Assembly: GCA_043747615.1 (NCBI GenBank)
Contig: JAYTOU010000004.1
Span: 1 to 24,955, forward strand
Reading direction: 5' to 3'
DNA length: 24,955 nucleotides
Origin: Myxococcales bacterium
GTDB taxonomy: Bacteria > Myxococcota_A > Polyangia > Polyangiales > Polyangiaceae
Position numbers and translations under genes: made by a program
The notes under the pieces: generated by a model
What the model was told of the DNA's origin: nothing
What the model saw: the letters and a program-made list of their open reading frames with translations, nothing else
Databases searched by the model: none
Part shown: positions 22,617 through 24,955 of the stretch, in pieces
Position numbering within the stretch: position 1 is the stretch's first letter
Layout: the number at the start of each line of letters is the position of its first letter

Positions 22617-24955
22617 TCAGCGACGAACGGCGAAGCGCGTGAGATTCGCGACGACGGCGACGAGCTCGGCGGGCTCTACGGGCTTCGGAATGTGCATCAT
22701 GAATCCGGCGTCCAAAGCCTTGCGGCGATCCTCGGCGCGCGCGTACGCGGTGAGCGCGGCTGCAGGAATGTTCGCTCCCGCCTCGTGACCGAGAGCACGA
22801 ACCTTTCGAATGAACTCGTACCCATCCTCGCGGGGCATGCCGATGTCGGAAATGAGGACGTCCGGCCTGTCGAGCAACAGTTTCTCCATGCCCTCTGCTG
22901 CGCTCCCCGCAGACGAAACGATGGCTCCGCATTTTTCCAGGACGGCGACAAGAAGATCGCGGGCGTCCTCTTCGTCGTCGACCACCAAGACCTTCAGATT
23001 TTTCAGCTCCGCGCGAACCTCGAAGGACTGGGCCGGAGCAGGGCTGAGACGAGCGGCGGTTCCGCGAGTCTCCTGGCGAATCGGCGATACCGGCAAGAGA
23101 ACGGTGAAGGTCGATCCGCGGCCGTCGCCTTTGCTCTCGACCTCGATGGTGCCCCCGTGCAGCTCGACGATGTGCCGCGAAATCGCGAGTCCGAGACCAA
23201 GCCCACCGAAGGCGCGGGTCGTCGCACCGTCGGCTTGTTTGAACCGTTCGAAGACATGCGCGAGAAACGCGGGGGCGATTCCACGACCAGTGTCCGCCAC
23301 GACCAACTTCAGGCTGGAGTCGACGCGCTCCACGCTTAGGTGGATGCGCCCACCTTTCGGTGTGAACTTGATGGCGTTGCTCAAAAGATTCCAGACGACC
23401 TGCTGGAGGCGATGCGGGTCGCCCATGATGGGCCCTGCGTTCTTCTCGAGGGTCGCGAGGATGACGACGTTCTTTGCCTCGCTCGCGAGACGCAGGGCGT
23501 CGACTGCGTGCTCGGCGATGTGCACGAGCTCCACCGACTGGACGTCGACCCGGAGCTTGCCGCTGATGATGCGCGACACATCGAGCAGGTCTTCGATGAG
23601 CTGCGCTTGGGTGACCGCATTGCGCTCGATGGTCTCCAAGGCGCGCTCGCCTTGGGCGGGCGTCAGATCACCTGACCGCAAGAGGCGCGTCCAGCCGAGC
23701 ATGGAATTCAGGGGCGTCCGCAGCTCGTGGGACACGGTCGCGAGAAATTCGTCTTTGGCCCGATTGGCGACGTCCGCGTTCTTGCGCGCGTTCTGCTCCG
23801 ACTCGTAGAGACGAGCGTTGTCCATGGCGATAGCCGCACGCCCGGCGAGCTCCTCGGCGAAGGCGAGATCGCCTGTCGTATACCTGCGACCGGACTCCGC
23901 GAAGACCAAGCTGATCGCCCCGAGAACGCGGCCTCGTGCCTTCAGAGGCACGATCATCGCGGACTGCAATTGAAGCTGGCGCAGGATGCGCAGATGGTCG
24001 ACATCGACCGCGGTTGCAGCCAAGAGCGCGTCCGCGCCCTCCGGGTAGAACTCGGACACACCCGTGCGGATGACGTTCGGAACCCCGGACGACGCATCCG
24101 GGGACGCGGGGTATCTTTTGCCGAGCTCCTCGGCCAGGAGGACCTTCCGCGGATCGACGTGCGCGACCACGATCTGCTCCGTCTCCTGGCCGTCGTCCGC
24201 GAGCACGTCTACGGAGCACCAATCGGCGAGGCGCGGCACCGTGAGCTGGGCGAGAGCCGTAAGCGTTTTTCGCACGTCGAGCGCTGCCGCCAGCGCGGGG
24301 GTCGCCTCGCTGAGGAAGTCTCGACGTTCCGCGTCCGCCTTCGAGGCGCTTATATCTCTGAAGACCAGGACCACCCCGGTGAGGACGCCCTGGTCGTCTC
24401 GAATGGGTGCACCGCGGTCCTCGATCGGGATCCGCAAGCTATCGCGCAGGAGCAGAACGGAGCGGTCGACCGCGCCGACCACCGTGCCGTCGCGAAGGAT
24501 CTTGTCCGCGGGGCTTTCGATCTCCTGCAGCGAGCGCTCGTTGACGATCCGGAACACCGTACGCAGCGGTTTTCCCATGGCGTCTGCCAGCGACCAGCCG
24601 GTGAGGGCTTCGGCGACGGGGTTCATGAAAGTCACACGTGCCGCGGTATCCGTGGCGATCACGGCGTCTCCGATGCTTTTCAGCGTCGTCGCGAGCGACG
24701 AACGCGCCATCTGCTCGCGCGCCAAGAGCTCCGCACGCTCCGACTCGGCCTTCCGCCGTTCGGTGATGTCCCTCAAGTACCCCGTGAACCCGATGGCGCC
24801 GTTCAGGGCGATCGGAGTGATCGCGACCTCGACGGGGAATTCGGATCCATCTGCACGAAGTGCCGACATCTCGACACGCCTCCCAATGACGTTCCCTTTG
24901 CCGGTCGCGACATAGCGCGCGATGCCCTTGCGGTGCTGATCGCGAAGCGCGGGAG
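22617..24955 (-). CDS. Hybrid sensor histidine kinase, 5'-truncated: PAS-PAS-GAF-HisKA-HATPase-REC
   Basis: H-box FLATVSHELRTPL; N-box NLLSNAIKFT; DTGRG and GGLGLGL; receiver motifs VVDD, SDIGMP and KP; GAF region LADWCSVD...MIVPL. The frame stays open upstream of 24869 to the window edge (PALRDQHRKGIARYVATGKGNVIGRRVE). Confidence 0.93.
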   Translation of the reverse strand, partial: PALRDQHRKGIARYVATGKGNVIGRRVEMSALRADGSEFPVEVAITPIALNGAIGFTGYLRDITERRKAESERAELLAREQMARSSLATTLKSIGDAVIATDTAARVTFMNPVAEALTGWSLADAMGKPLRTVFRIVNERSLQEIESPADKILRDGTVVGAVDRSVLLLRDSLRIPIEDRGAPIRDDQGVLTGVVLVFRDISASKADAERRDFLSEATPALAAALDVRKTLTALAQLTVPRLADWCSVDVLADDGQETEQIVVAHVDPRKVLLAEELGKRYPASPDASSGVPNVIRTGVSEFYPEGADALLAATAVDVDHLRILRQLQLQSAMIVPLKARGRVLGAISLVFAESGRRYTTGDLAFAEELAGRAAIAMDNARLYESEQNARKNADVANRAKDEFLATVSHELRTPLNSMLGWTRLLRSGDLTPAQGERALETIERNAVTQAQLIEDLLDVSRIISGKLRVDVQSVELVHIAEHAVDALRLASEAKNVVILATLEKNAGPIMGDPHRLQQVVWNLLSNAIKFTPKGGRIHLSVERVDSSLKLVVADTGRGIAPAFLAHVFERFKQADGATTRAFGGLGLGLAISRHIVELHGGTIEVESKGDGRGSTFTVLLPVSPIRQETRGTAARLSPAPAQSFEVRAELKNLKVLVVDDEEDARDLLVAVLEKCGAIVSSAGSAAEGMEKLLLDRPDVLISDIGMPREDGYEFIRKVRALGHEAGANIPAAALTAYARAEDRRKALDAGFMMHIPKPVEPAELVAVVANLTRFAVRR

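Noticed and set aside
24867..24869. ATG as the start of the histidine kinase
   Set aside because: It falls mid-PAS domain; the frame is open to the window edge with PAS-like sequence.
1..24955. CRISPR arrays, tRNA/rRNA genes, IS elements, integrases
   Set aside because: No regularly spaced repeats, RNA-gene signatures or transposase/integrase motifs were seen; the window is almost entirely protein-coding.

Overview
GC-rich (visually ~65-70%) bacterial DNA, most likely myxobacterial (Sorangiineae/Polyangiales-like; inferred from the PUFA synthase architecture and lipoprotein style). The first 11.3 kb is the 3' part of a myxobacterial-type PUFA synthase cluster: the end of pfa2 (ACP-KR-DH) and a complete 2907-aa pfa3 (KS-CLF-AT-FabA-type DH array-PKS-type DH-AGPAT). 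Next come a hypothetical gene, a divergent pair of lipoprotein genes (a Zn-dependent phospholipase C-like enzyme and a Cys-rich unknown), and a secreted alpha/beta hydrolase. A minus-strand gene pair encodes a SWIM-like/SNF2 ATPase with a C-terminal Xre-like HTH and a large HEAT-like solenoid protein with a C-terminal Ser/Thr kinase. A divergent ComEC-type metallo-beta-lactamase-fold lipoprotein follows, then a 5'-truncated hybrid histidine kinase with a FixL-like PAS. No RNA genes, CRISPR arrays or mobile elements were seen. The strongest novelty candidates are the SNF2-HTH/solenoid-kinase module and a shared 'EEA' linker motif that may mark a second processing site in the two lipoproteins.
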